A stretch of 64,000 nucleotides of DNA. It comes from Chlamydiales bacterium. Lineage in GTDB: Bacteria; Chlamydiota; Chlamydiia; Chlamydiales; JAJFMA01. A program made the position numbers and the translations under genes. Position 1 is the stretch's first letter; each line of letters begins with the position of its first letter. The notes beneath the pieces were generated by a model. The model was not told where the DNA came from, searched no databases, and worked only from the letters and a program-made list of their open reading frames with translations. This document shows, in pieces, positions 44,846 through 54,226 of this stretch. The stretch is from the NCBI GenBank assembly GCA_030679955.1, contig JAUXSF010000026.1, positions 20,428-84,427 on the forward strand. The letters run 5' to 3'.

Positions 44846-46129
44846 ATGGCTGACCGTATTGCAGTGGTAGAAGGGGTAAGGACACCGTTCTGTCGCTCCG
44901 GTGGACTTTTTGCAGACCTTGAGGCAGATGATTTGGGCGCCTATGCTGTGCGCGAAGTTTTGGCGCGCTCAGGTCTGAGACCCGATGAGGTCGATGAGGT
45001 AATCTTCGGTAATGTAATGACACCTGTGCATGCAGCTAACCCTGCTAGAGTGATAGCGATGAAGGGTGGACTAGCGCAAAGCACTCCCGCTGTTACCGTT
45101 AGTCGTAACTGTGCCTCCGGTGTAGAATCTATTGCGCAAGCATGTAACAAAATCAGGCTTGGCCAGGCGAAGATTATGATTGCTGGCGGAGCCGAATCGA
45201 TGAGCCACTTTCCTATTTTGTTCCCCGATTCGATGCGTCGCTGGATGATGGGTTATGGCAAGTCCAAGAGTCTTTGGCAGAAACTGAAGTCTATCTTGTC
45301 AATTAGACCTAGCTTCTTTAAGCCTCATATTGCTGGTATGACAGACCCCTTGTGTGGTCTAAATATGGGGCAGACGGCAGAGGTGTTAGTGCGGGAATTC
45401 GCTGTCTCTCGCGATGAAGCGGATCGCTTTGCCTTAGCCAGCCAGCAGCGAGCTGCGAGGGCCAAAGCCGCAGGGCGCTTAGAAGATGAAATAGTGCCAT
45501 TACCCCTGCCACCTAAATACAAAGCTATTCAGCAGTTTGATGATGGCATACGCGAAAATCAAACCATTCAAGCGCTGCAGGCGTTGCCTCCGGTGTTTGA
45601 TAGATTATCCGGAACCGTCACAGCAGGCAACTCTAGCCAGCTAACCGACGGTGCTGGGGCAGTGTTATTAATGCCTGAAGCCGAGGCCAAAGCGCGTGGT
45701 CTAAAGCCTTTGGGCTACATACGCAACTATGCTGCGGCAGCACTGCAGCCATCTCGCATGGGTCTGGGACCTGCTTTTGCCGTTTCAAAATTGCTTGAGG
45801 TTACAGGCCTAGCTCTCGATGACTTTGATTTAATCGAAATCAATGAAGCCTTCGCAGCGCAAGTATTGGCAGTCATGAAGGCGATGGCATCGACATCTTT
45901 TGCTCAAAAAGAACTTGGTCGTGATACCGCTGTTGGTGAGATCAATCCCGATATCTTAAACGTTAATGGCGGTGCCATTGCCCTTGGTCACCCATTAGCG
46001 GCGTCTGGAACCCGATTGGTGATCACGATTCTAAAAGAACTAAAACGTCGTGGAAGTTCCCTGGGCCTCGTCACCATGTGTGTCGGCGGTGGTCAAGGAC
46101 AGGCTGTGGCAGTGGAGGTAGGGGAATAA
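44846..46129 (+). CDS. fadA: acetyl-CoA C-acyltransferase (thiolase, FadA/FadI-like)
   Basis: TVSRNCASG (active-site Cys), NEAFAAQ, NVNGGAIALGHPLAASG and MCVGGGQG. Confidence 0.9.
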   Translation: MADRIAVVEGVRTPFCRSGGLFADLEADDLGAYAVREVLARSGLRPDEVDEVIFGNVMTPVHAANPARVIAMKGGLAQSTPAVTVSRNCASGVESIAQACNKIRLGQAKIMIAGGAESMSHFPILFPDSMRRWMMGYGKSKSLWQKLKSILSIRPSFFKPHIAGMTDPLCGLNMGQTAEVLVREFAVSRDEADRFALASQQRAARAKAAGRLEDEIVPLPLPPKYKAIQQFDDGIRENQTIQALQALPPVFDRLSGTVTAGNSSQLTDGAGAVLLMPEAEAKARGLKPLGYIRNYAAAALQPSRMGLGPAFAVSKLLEVTGLALDDFDLIEINEAFAAQVLAVMKAMASTSFAQKELGRDTAVGEINPDILNVNGGAIALGHPLAASGTRLVITILKELKRRGSSLGLVTMCVGGGQGQAVAVEVGE

Positions 46130-48276
46130 TGTCAGATATTGTCACACTAAATATGGATTCCGATGGCGTTGCTCATATTGTCTTCAATGATCCGGAAGAG
46201 CAGTTAAATACCTTGTCTCCACGTACGCTGGAGGCCATTGATGAAGCGATCACCGACCTAAGTCATAGACATGATGTCCGCGCTCTGATTTTCTCTAGCG
46301 GCAAAGAGGGCTGCTTTATTGCTGGTGCGGATTTACGTCAGATCAGCAAGGTATTCCCGCAACCATCGCTTGCCAAGCCATTGATCGCGCAAGGACAAAA
46401 CCTTTTCAACAAGATCGCGGCCTTGCCATTTCCTACTATCGCTGTGATTAATGGTGTGTGTCTTGGGGGCGGGTTAGAGCTAGCTTTAGCGTTCACTTAT
46501 CGTATCGCTACCGACCATTCAAAAACAGTGCTAGCGTTGCCAGAGACAACTATTGGCATTATGCCTGGCTGGGGCGGCACGCAGAGGGCTCCTAGGCTTG
46601 TGGGCTTGCAGAATGGCTTGTCCATGATCGTCTCGGGTAAGCAACATAATCCAAAAGAAGCATATAAGATGCATTTGGTCGATGCTGTGGTGCCTTGGCC
46701 TTTTGCCGAGGAAGAGGCCATAGCTTTTGCTCATGATGTGTTAACTCCCGCAGGCCAAAAGAAGGTTCTAAAACGTCGAAATCGCTCTTGGATGGCAACC
46801 TGGTTGGTGGAAAAGAATCCAATTGGACGCGCCTTGCTGTTCCATGCTGTGCGTAAACAGGTTCTAAAGAAGACCAAAGGGCATTATCCAGCTCCGATGG
46901 TTGCTATACGCACCATCGAGGAAACTTACACGTTACCGCTCGATAAAGGCTTAGAAAGGGAGACAGAAAACTTTATTAATGGTCTGTCGCTATCTTTTGT
47001 TCAGGCGCCTAATCTTGTTGGGTTATTTTTTGCTCAAGAAGCCATTAAAAAGGACTTTGGATCAGACGCGCAACCGCGGACAATTAAATCAGCAGGAGTG
47101 TTGGGTGCTGGCGCTATGGGCAGCGGCATCACATGGCTGATGACTTTTAAGGACATTCCTACACGCTTTAAAGAAGCCAATTGGGAAGCTGTCGCCAAGG
47201 GCTATAGCTCTATTTATGACACCTATGGCGTCTATGTCAAAAAGTTGCGCAAGTTAAAGCCAGATTTGGCGAACTACAAGTTCCATCTTGCCAGCGGCAC
47301 GACTGACTTCTCGGGCTTTCAGGCGGCTGATATTGTCATCGAGGCTGTTGTTGAAGACCTCGATATCAAAAAGCAGCTTTTGACGGAGTTGGAAGCTAAT
47401 CTTAGCGAACATGCGATTATCGCAACCAACACCTCTTCACTTTCTGTGTCGGCATTATCTTCTGTTCTAGAGCGTCCTGAGCGCTTTATTGGCATGCACT
47501 TTTTCAATCCTGTTAGCCGCATGCCATTGGTAGAGGTTGTTCCTGGCCCTCAAACCTCAGCAGACACAATTGCCACCGTTATCGCATTGTGTCGTCGTCT
47601 CGACAAAGTTCCATTGGTAGTTAAAGATGTGCCAGGATTTTTGGTTAACCGCATTTTTGTTATGGCAGCCTTAGAGGCTATGCATCTTCTGCAAGAAGGC
47701 GTGGAGATGGAGCACTTGGAAAAAATCATGCTAGACTTTGGCATGCCAATGGGGCCATTTGAGCTGTCGGACGAGGTTGGAATTGATGTAACCTATAAAG
47801 TAGCGGTCATTTTTGAGGGTGCTTATGGCGAAAGAGCGCGTATGCCTCCGCTATTGAAGGCTATGTATGAGGATAATCTCTGGGGACGTAAGGTTGGCAA
47901 GGGCTTTTATGTGTACAAAGGATCTGACAAAAAGCCAAATAAACAGGTTAAGAAGCTGGCCAAGAAGTTCCGCAAAGATGATGCGGTTGCGATCACTGAT
48001 GAAACAATCATCGAACGTATGCTTTATGTCATGGTGAACGAGGCATCGCGTTGCCTGGATGAAGAGGTTGTTGCAAAACCTGAGTATGTCGATCTGGCTA
48101 TGGTTATGGGCACAGGGTTTCCGCCTTTTAGAGGTGGCCTTCTGCGCTATGCGGACTCGATCGGCACAGTTAGTGTCGTTGATAAGCTCAGACAGTTTGC
48201 TCAGACCTATGGAAGCCGTTTTGCTCCGTCAGATAGATTGTTAGAAATGCAAGCCAATGGCTCCACATTCTATTAG
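46129..48276 (+). CDS. fadB: multifunctional enoyl-CoA hydratase / 3-hydroxyacyl-CoA dehydrogenase (FadB/FadJ-like)
   Basis: A crotonase N-domain (FIAGADL, INGVCLGGGLELAL) is followed by 3HCDH (GVLGAGAMGSGI, NTSSLS, HFFNP). TAATG overlap with the thiolase stop. Confidence 0.9.
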   Translation: MSDIVTLNMDSDGVAHIVFNDPEEQLNTLSPRTLEAIDEAITDLSHRHDVRALIFSSGKEGCFIAGADLRQISKVFPQPSLAKPLIAQGQNLFNKIAALPFPTIAVINGVCLGGGLELALAFTYRIATDHSKTVLALPETTIGIMPGWGGTQRAPRLVGLQNGLSMIVSGKQHNPKEAYKMHLVDAVVPWPFAEEEAIAFAHDVLTPAGQKKVLKRRNRSWMATWLVEKNPIGRALLFHAVRKQVLKKTKGHYPAPMVAIRTIEETYTLPLDKGLERETENFINGLSLSFVQAPNLVGLFFAQEAIKKDFGSDAQPRTIKSAGVLGAGAMGSGITWLMTFKDIPTRFKEANWEAVAKGYSSIYDTYGVYVKKLRKLKPDLANYKFHLASGTTDFSGFQAADIVIEAVVEDLDIKKQLLTELEANLSEHAIIATNTSSLSVSALSSVLERPERFIGMHFFNPVSRMPLVEVVPGPQTSADTIATVIALCRRLDKVPLVVKDVPGFLVNRIFVMAALEAMHLLQEGVEMEHLEKIMLDFGMPMGPFELSDEVGIDVTYKVAVIFEGAYGERARMPPLLKAMYEDNLWGRKVGKGFYVYKGSDKKPNKQVKKLAKKFRKDDAVAITDETIIERMLYVMVNEASRCLDEEVVAKPEYVDLAMVMGTGFPPFRGGLLRYADSIGTVSVVDKLRQFAQTYGSRFAPSDRLLEMQANGSTFY

Positions 48277-48287
48277 GTTTTAGGGAG

Positions 48288-48471
48288 TTTTTTACCACAT
48301 AGAGGAGAAAGACATTTTGCTGAGGCAAAATATGTTCAATCTGGCTTTGCATTTTATCACCTTAGTGCTGCTAGCAGCATATCGTAGATTCTTTTGAGAT
48401 TTAAGGCATTTTGCCTCAGCAAAATGTCTTTCTCCTCTATGTTCCTTCTCTGTGTGCCTCTGTGGTGAAAA
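48288..48471. repeat. nested palindromic element, family C, copy C2
   Basis: CATAGAGGAGAAAGACATTTTGCTGAGGCAAAAT (48298-48331) is the exact reverse complement of 48408-48441 (34 bp). The outer arms are TTTTACCACA / TGTGGTGAAAA, and the central GCTGCTAGCAGCA core is as in C1. It lies between convergent fadB and the thioesterase gene. Confidence 0.85.
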
Positions 48472-48487
48472 CTTCCTAAAATGCTCG

Positions 48488-48955
48488 CTACTTAGTTTCA
48501 AAGGTGGGGATGCCGTCTTTGAAGCGGTCGTTGCGTCGGTCGCGAACGGCTAACGTTAGCCGATTAGCGGAGACTACCTGCTGCTTTTCATTGGTGATTG
48601 TAATATCCCAAATGTGAATCGTCTGCCCAAGTTGTAAAGGGCGAGCTGTGCCAGTGACAAAACCATCTTGAGCTACCTTGATGTGATGCGTCTCGATGGC
48701 TAAACCCAGACAAAAGTGGGTCTCGGCGTTTAGACATAGCATGCCCGCCGTGCTGCCTACCGTTTCGGCTAAAACGCAGGAGGCGCCGCCATGCATGATG
48801 CCATATGGCTGTCGTGTTCGCCGGTCTACCGGCATCTGCGCCACCAAAAAGTCCTCACCAATTTCGGTGAAGACGATACCAAGATGTCCCATCATACAGG
48901 GCTCACTCCAGCTATTTAGCAATGCAAGGTCAAAGTGTTGCTTCCATATCGCCAT
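48488..48955 (-). CDS. PaaI/YdiI-type hotdog-fold thioesterase
   Basis: YGIMHGGASCVLAETVGS matches the PaaI/MenI signature (LHGGASxxLAExxGS). 155 aa. Confidence 0.8.
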   Translation of the reverse strand: MAIWKQHFDLALLNSWSEPCMMGHLGIVFTEIGEDFLVAQMPVDRRTRQPYGIMHGGASCVLAETVGSTAGMLCLNAETHFCLGLAIETHHIKVAQDGFVTGTARPLQLGQTIHIWDITITNEKQQVVSANRLTLAVRDRRNDRFKDGIPTFETK

Positions 48956-48986
48956 ACAAATCCTCTTATGCTATACTTTTTGCATT

Positions 48987-50015
48987 ATGATGGATTTTTT
49001 TACCATAGAACTGACAGATCTCCGCCGTTGGATGCAGGAGAATGGCTATCAACCCTTTCAAGCTGAACAGATTTTTGATTGGGTGTACGAAAAAGGTGCG
49101 ACTGACTGGGGTTCGATGACGAATCTTGGCGCTCCAATACGTGAGGCGCTGGCTAAAGCCTTCCGTCTGGCGACACTGAAACCTAAGCAACATCGCGAAA
49201 GCCCTGATGGTGTACAAAAGGTTACCTGGGCTTTGGTCGACGGAAGCTTAACAGATACCGTCTTGACTCCAAGCCGCCAAGGCTGGCATTTGACTATGTC
49301 GACTCAGGTCGGATGCCCAGTCGGATGTGCCTTTTGTGCCTCCGGTAAGCGTTTCGTGCGTAACCTTCAGCCTGCAGAGGTTTTCGAACAATTTCTTCGT
49401 GCCAGACAATGGGTTCGTGAACAGGGCACTAAGGAAATCATTACGGTTGGCCTAGATGGAATGGGAGAGCCCCTTAAGCACGTTAAAGGTCTTTTGGCTG
49501 TTCTTGATGGGTTTATTAGGGTAGGATTCAGTCCTAACAAAATAACCATTCCAACAATTGGTTTGATAGAGGGGATTGAGCAGCTCTTACAGCTTAAGGT
49601 CCGCCTTAATTTAAAAGTCGGTTTACACGCCCCGACACAAATTCTTCGTCAAAAGCTGGTTCCTTACGCTAAAAAGAACCGTTTGGAAGCATTAATGACT
49701 GTTTGCCGTCGCTATTCGATGCAAACCGGCCTTCCTGTAACCTTTGATTATGTGATGATTGCAGGGGTCAATGATCATCCGGACCAAGCGTTAGAATTAG
49801 CACACTTGTTAAAGCACCTGCGCTGCCAGGTTAGGCTTATACCGTATAATCCAGTACAAGGATTTCGCTGGCAGACGCCAGATAAGCGGGCTATTAAGGC
49901 TTTCCGTACAGTGCTGTTCGGCTCCAAAATACCCAATTCGCTTATCGAAGATCCAGGCGTGGCGATTTCAGCAGGCCTAGGCCAGCTGGCTCCGCGTACC
50001 AACACCGAGCGTTGA
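48987..50015 (+). CDS. rlmN: 23S rRNA/tRNA adenine-C2 methyltransferase (radical SAM)
   Basis: FQAEQIFDWVY..., CPVGCAFCASG (CxxxCxxC) and GMGEPL. ATG at 48987; the track ORF start at 48696 is antisense to the thioesterase gene. Confidence 0.85.
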   Translation: MMDFFTIELTDLRRWMQENGYQPFQAEQIFDWVYEKGATDWGSMTNLGAPIREALAKAFRLATLKPKQHRESPDGVQKVTWALVDGSLTDTVLTPSRQGWHLTMSTQVGCPVGCAFCASGKRFVRNLQPAEVFEQFLRARQWVREQGTKEIITVGLDGMGEPLKHVKGLLAVLDGFIRVGFSPNKITIPTIGLIEGIEQLLQLKVRLNLKVGLHAPTQILRQKLVPYAKKNRLEALMTVCRRYSMQTGLPVTFDYVMIAGVNDHPDQALELAHLLKHLRCQVRLIPYNPVQGFRWQTPDKRAIKAFRTVLFGSKIPNSLIEDPGVAISAGLGQLAPRTNTER

Positions 50016-50064
50016 GTCGTCGATAAAATAGGTCGTTCATGCTAAAATAGATATGGAGGGCACT

Positions 50065-50733
50065 ATGAGCGATTCGATACAAGGTTTTGGCGCATCTTCG
50101 CGTATTAATCGCGATCCTGGGGATTCTGCGCCTCAGAAGTATAAGGCTATGTCGTCGAAACAATCCAAACCTGCTCAACATGTCGATGACGATTCCTCCA
50201 CGCGTCGGGTAGACCAAACAGCTTGGGATGTCTATTTCGCGGAACTTATGAAGGACAAATTTGTCCTGTTCCAAAACCAGGAAACTTATCAAAAGTACAT
50301 ACAAGCCTCACGAAAATCCCTGGACGCTTCGATAGCTAGCGAGAGGGAAGATCAACGTATGCGAGAGCGTTGGGATGGACTGCGAGATGCCTTTCGTGAT
50401 GCTTTTGAAAAGGTATTAGTCGAGCAAGAAGTGATTGCCGAGGAGGTAGAGGAAGAAGAGCCACCCGAAGTTCATTCTGCCATGTCTTTCCACGCGACTC
50501 CCTTAACCAGTGTCGAGGGTGCAGATGTCAAAGTCTCTCTATTGTATTTAAAAACGGAAGGGTTATTCCCAAAGGCACACCACCATACCGCAGCTTTACG
50601 ACTTAAAGAAGATGCGGACAATGATTTTGAAGAGCATAGCTGGCGCTCACATCGCATTCATTGGTTGATTATCGACCGCAAGGCGCGCCATACTAAACGA
50701 GACTCCTTGGATATCTTAGCTGAAGCTGCTTAA
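50065..50733 (+). CDS. hypothetical protein with central acidic stretch
   Basis: GGAGGG lies 4-5 nt upstream of the ATG at 50065 (alternative ATG 50053). No recognised motif. It contains EEVEEEEPPE. Confidence 0.55.
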   Translation: MSDSIQGFGASSRINRDPGDSAPQKYKAMSSKQSKPAQHVDDDSSTRRVDQTAWDVYFAELMKDKFVLFQNQETYQKYIQASRKSLDASIASEREDQRMRERWDGLRDAFRDAFEKVLVEQEVIAEEVEEEEPPEVHSAMSFHATPLTSVEGADVKVSLLYLKTEGLFPKAHHHTAALRLKEDADNDFEEHSWRSHRIHWLIIDRKARHTKRDSLDILAEAA

Positions 50734-50737
50734 CAAC

Positions 50738-52564
50738 ATGCCGTATGATTCACAACAAATTGATGCATTTCCCCTGAAGCCTGGCGTCTATATCATGAAA
50801 GGGCGCTACGACTCCGTATTATACATTGGCAAAGCCAATAATCTGCGTGCTCGTGTTAAGCAATATTTCGTGCCAGGGCGTGACTCGCGGGAGATGGTGC
50901 CGCATCTAGTCGCTCAGGTGCAATCCATCGAGATTATTGTCGTCTCCTCGGAAAAAGAGGCTCTCCTACTCGAAAATACTCTTATCAAAGAGCATCAGCC
51001 ACGCTACAACGCTATTTTCCGCGATGACAAAACCTACATTAGCCTGAAGATCGACAACAAGCACCAGTGGCCTATTGTGCATTTGGTGCGCTACAAGGGC
51101 AGAGCCAAGCCCGACGGTCTCTATTTTGGTCCCTATACCAGCGCTTACGCAGCCAGGCAGACGCTTGACCTAATTCACAAAGTTTTTCCGCTACGACAGT
51201 GTTCCGATCAAGAGCTAGCGCGGCGCACGCGTCCGTGTATTTTGTATGACATGAAGCGTTGTGTCGCTCCTTGTGTAGGCTTGTGCTCCAAAGAGGAATA
51301 TGATGAGAAAGTCCGCACAGTGATCAAATTCTTACGCGGACAGAACCAAGAGGTCGTCCGCGAGCTAAAACGTGATATGGAGGAAGCCAGCGCGAAGCTA
51401 GAATTTGAGCGCGCCGGAGTGATCTTAAGCACGATTCGCCACATTGAAGCAACGATTGAAACCCAACGTGTCGTGAAAGTTAACGGCCATGACAGCGATT
51501 TCTACGGAGTCTTCCGCGAAGGCGAAGAGGTTATGGTCAGTCAGGTGATATTTCGCGGCGGCCGCATGATGGGAACCAAAAACTTTGGTTTTTCAGGGCT
51601 AGCTCAGGATGATGCCGAGCTACTAGAATCCCTTATTATGCAAAAGTCGGAATCAGCTGATGAAATACCTGATGAAATCCTCCTGCCTGTTAATCTGTCA
51701 GATCACGAAGCATTAGAAGAAATCCTGACTGCTAAGAAGGAAAAAAATGTAGCTGTTCACTGTCCGCTAAAAGGTGACAAAAAACGCGTTATCGAAATTG
51801 CCAGAGAGAATGCTGAAGCTGCCTATCGTCGCGAAAAAGATGCTAAAGTTGTCATGGAGAAAATGCTCACAGATATGCAAGAACAGCTGCAACTGGAGAA
51901 CTATCCTCGACGTATTGAGTGTTTTGATAACTCACATCTATCTGGAACCGACCCCGTTTCCTCCTTGGTAGCTTTTACGGACGGAGAAAAAGACACGAAA
52001 CGCTATCGCCTGTACAAAATTAAGACAGCAGAGGCGGCCGATGACTATGGAGCAATGCGGGAAGTTCTCTCAAGGCGCTACCGAAAAGCCAAAGAGGAAA
52101 ACAACCTCCCGGACCTGATCATCGTGGACGGCGGAAAGGGCCAGCTAAATATGGCCCACAATGTCTTGGAAGAACTAGATATCGCCACCGTGGACCTGAT
52201 AGGCATCGCCAAAGATCAAGGGCGCCATGATAAAGGTGTGACAGCCGAACAGATTTTCTTGGTTAATATTAAGGATCCCGTTCGTCTGAGAAGCACGTCT
52301 CCTGTGATGTTTTTGCTGCAGAAAATTCGCGATGAAGCACACCGTTCAGCGCTTGCCTTTCAACAAAAGCGCCGCTCCAAGGGGACTATTAGAAGTGCTT
52401 TGGATGATGTTGAAGGAATCGGCCCCAAAAAGCGACAGATCCTGCTGCGCCATTTTGGCAGTGTCGCTAAGTTAAAAGAAGCTACCGAGGACGAGCTGAA
52501 AGCTGTCCCCGGTATTTCTCAAAGTAACGCCAAGGCGCTACGTGAATTCTTCTCGAAGGATTAA
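50738..52564 (+). CDS. uvrC: excinuclease ABC subunit C
   Basis: GIY-YIG domain (PGVYIMKGRYDSVLYIGKANNLRARVKQYF), a UVR domain, an endonuclease domain (FDNSHL) and a C-terminal HhH (GIGPKKRQILLRHFGS). Confidence 0.9.
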   Translation: MPYDSQQIDAFPLKPGVYIMKGRYDSVLYIGKANNLRARVKQYFVPGRDSREMVPHLVAQVQSIEIIVVSSEKEALLLENTLIKEHQPRYNAIFRDDKTYISLKIDNKHQWPIVHLVRYKGRAKPDGLYFGPYTSAYAARQTLDLIHKVFPLRQCSDQELARRTRPCILYDMKRCVAPCVGLCSKEEYDEKVRTVIKFLRGQNQEVVRELKRDMEEASAKLEFERAGVILSTIRHIEATIETQRVVKVNGHDSDFYGVFREGEEVMVSQVIFRGGRMMGTKNFGFSGLAQDDAELLESLIMQKSESADEIPDEILLPVNLSDHEALEEILTAKKEKNVAVHCPLKGDKKRVIEIARENAEAAYRREKDAKVVMEKMLTDMQEQLQLENYPRRIECFDNSHLSGTDPVSSLVAFTDGEKDTKRYRLYKIKTAEAADDYGAMREVLSRRYRKAKEENNLPDLIIVDGGKGQLNMAHNVLEELDIATVDLIGIAKDQGRHDKGVTAEQIFLVNIKDPVRLRSTSPVMFLLQKIRDEAHRSALAFQQKRRSKGTIRSALDDVEGIGPKKRQILLRHFGSVAKLKEATEDELKAVPGISQSNAKALREFFSKD

Positions 52565-53703
52565 TCGTCTTCGCCATTCCACAAATTAGAGGCCCAGTTA
52601 AAGGCGCCCTTGACTGCGCTGCCGGCAGCTTTGGCTTGGTTTAAATAACCTTGATACTGTCCTACGGGACGTCTGGCTTCATCTGCTAGAAGCTGTTGTA
52701 GACGCGTCCTAATGACACTCTTGATCTTAGCTTCGGTTAGCTCTACTTTCAATCGATTCTTGACTGGGTCAATTAAAGGGCTTTGACTGTCATCGATTAA
52801 TGGTTGGAACTTGTCTGCCAATACATTGTCATAGCATTCATCGACGATATCCTGTGCGACCCCTGTCTTCCAATTTCTCTGGGCTTTTATTGCCGCTGTG
52901 GCTTCGGTAACAACGCCATTCACCACTATTTCTACAGCCTTCGCTGCGTAAACTGCTTGAATTTTTTGCTGTACTTCAGCTTTTTTGGCGTCAGGGATGT
53001 CGGCTACATTGTCGTTGTAAATAGCGTCAGCTTTTGTATTCGAATCACTTAAGTCAATAGCCAGATCTTCCCAATTTTGGATAGTACCAGCTGCGTTCAT
53101 AAAGCGAGCTGACGTATTATCAACATCAGCAGTGATCTCCGCGGCAACCTTATCTAAAACAGCTTTTTGCATTCCACCGACTTTCTTGAGCGCGCTCATA
53201 GCTGCTTGTGCGTTCGCTGCCGGTGCCCCGGGAACAACAGGAGCACCAGGACCTGGCGCAGGTGGTACTGGCGCAGGAGGGGCTGAGGGGCTTGGAGGTG
53301 TTACAGTAGAGGGAATGGCCTTCCCAGATAGATTCCTCATCGTCTTGAAGCGAGCCTTGGTGTCAGTACCGTCAACATGCTTGTAGGTGGTTCCATCAAA
53401 GGTGACGCCTTCTTTGTTGATCAATAATTTATCCAAGCAATGTGCGTTTGCTGGGGAGGGCACTAAGGCGTCCAAAATTCCCTTGTCGACGAGAATACGG
53501 TTTAGCTCTTCTGCGATCTTTTTCCAATCGCCTAAAGTTAGATTTTCGAGGTCTTTAACAGTCTTACCCGGAACTGTGATTTCGTACTGTGTGCCGTCTC
53601 TCATCGTCAGGCGGGGACGTGTGCGTTGTTTATTCCACTTTAAAGATAATAGGTGGGGTGCATCAGCCTCGAAATTTACGTATTTTGTACCGTCTAGTAA
53701 CAT
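52561..53703 (-). CDS. hypothetical protein with Pro/Ala-rich linker
   Basis: AAGGAGA lies 8 nt upstream of the ATG at 53703 (alternative ATG 53721). The linker is TPPSPSAPPAPVPPAPGPGAPVVPGAPA. The stop codon overlaps the uvrC stop (convergent, 4 nt shared). Confidence 0.65.
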   Translation of the reverse strand: MLLDGTKYVNFEADAPHLLSLKWNKQRTRPRLTMRDGTQYEITVPGKTVKDLENLTLGDWKKIAEELNRILVDKGILDALVPSPANAHCLDKLLINKEGVTFDGTTYKHVDGTDTKARFKTMRNLSGKAIPSTVTPPSPSAPPAPVPPAPGPGAPVVPGAPAANAQAAMSALKKVGGMQKAVLDKVAAEITADVDNTSARFMNAAGTIQNWEDLAIDLSDSNTKADAIYNDNVADIPDAKKAEVQQKIQAVYAAKAVEIVVNGVVTEATAAIKAQRNWKTGVAQDIVDECYDNVLADKFQPLIDDSQSPLIDPVKNRLKVELTEAKIKSVIRTRLQQLLADEARRPVGQYQGYLNQAKAAGSAVKGAFNWASNLWNGEDD

Positions 53704-53844
53704 TGCAGCTTCTCCTTGCATTAGTTATAAGGCCAGTATACAACGACAATTGTAAAGACAAGATAAATTCCAGGTTATTTAGATGTTTTTTATGAATTAG
53801 TTTATTAAAACGAGACATTTCCCTAGAGAATACATCAATAAAAA

Positions 53845-54156
53845 CATTTTTACAGGATAGGTATCAACCTAATTCTGAAAAATTATGCGTAACATATTTG
53901 AAATCAAATATTTGTATCACACATTTCCTTCTTTGTACTGGTTTGGATGACTTTCTGCAGCTAATCGCGAAGCGATTGAAGCATGTAGCCACAGGCGTCA
54001 GGCTGACGCCTGTGGCTACATGCTTCAATCGCTTCGCGATTTAGCTGCAGAACATTCTTAAATAAATCAACCATGCGTAATTTCTTAAATTACAGTAACT
54101 TACGATTTAATTCTCATAATTAGGTTGATGCGTATGCCTACCTATCCTGTAAAATG
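53845..54156. mobile_element. MITE-like nested inverted-repeat element (family D, full-length copy)
   Basis: Outer arms: CATTTTTACAGGATAGGTATCAACCTAATTCTGA (53845-) against the reverse complement of 54110-54156, CATTTTACAGGATAGGTAGGCATACGCATCAACCTAATTATGA. Core: a 96-bp near-perfect palindrome at 53955-54050 with 46/47-nt arms and loop GGC. No coding capacity. Confidence 0.5.
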
Positions 54157-54226
54157 TTCCTTGAAAGATGGTGATGATGAAATGAGCCACCCGGGGGTGG
54201 CTCATTATTAAGAGAAGAAGGGAGAA

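Noticed and set aside
48292-48501. 69-aa minus-strand ORF between fadB and the thioesterase gene.
   Set aside because: It is the translation of palindromic repeat C2. An equivalent sequence at C1 is not an ORF.
53132-53755. Plus-strand ORFs 53132-53386 and 53387-53755, antisense to the 381-aa orphan gene.
   Set aside because: They mirror the Pro/Ala-rich linker (antisense gives Gly/Ala runs) and lack start context. The minus-strand frame has an SD and coherent domain structure.
53845-54156. Interpreting the nested palindrome as an autonomous insertion sequence or prophage att site.
   Set aside because: It has no ORF of meaningful length, and no transposase or integrase lies anywhere in the window. 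I could not identify direct target-site duplications with confidence, so it is kept only as a non-autonomous MITE-like candidate.
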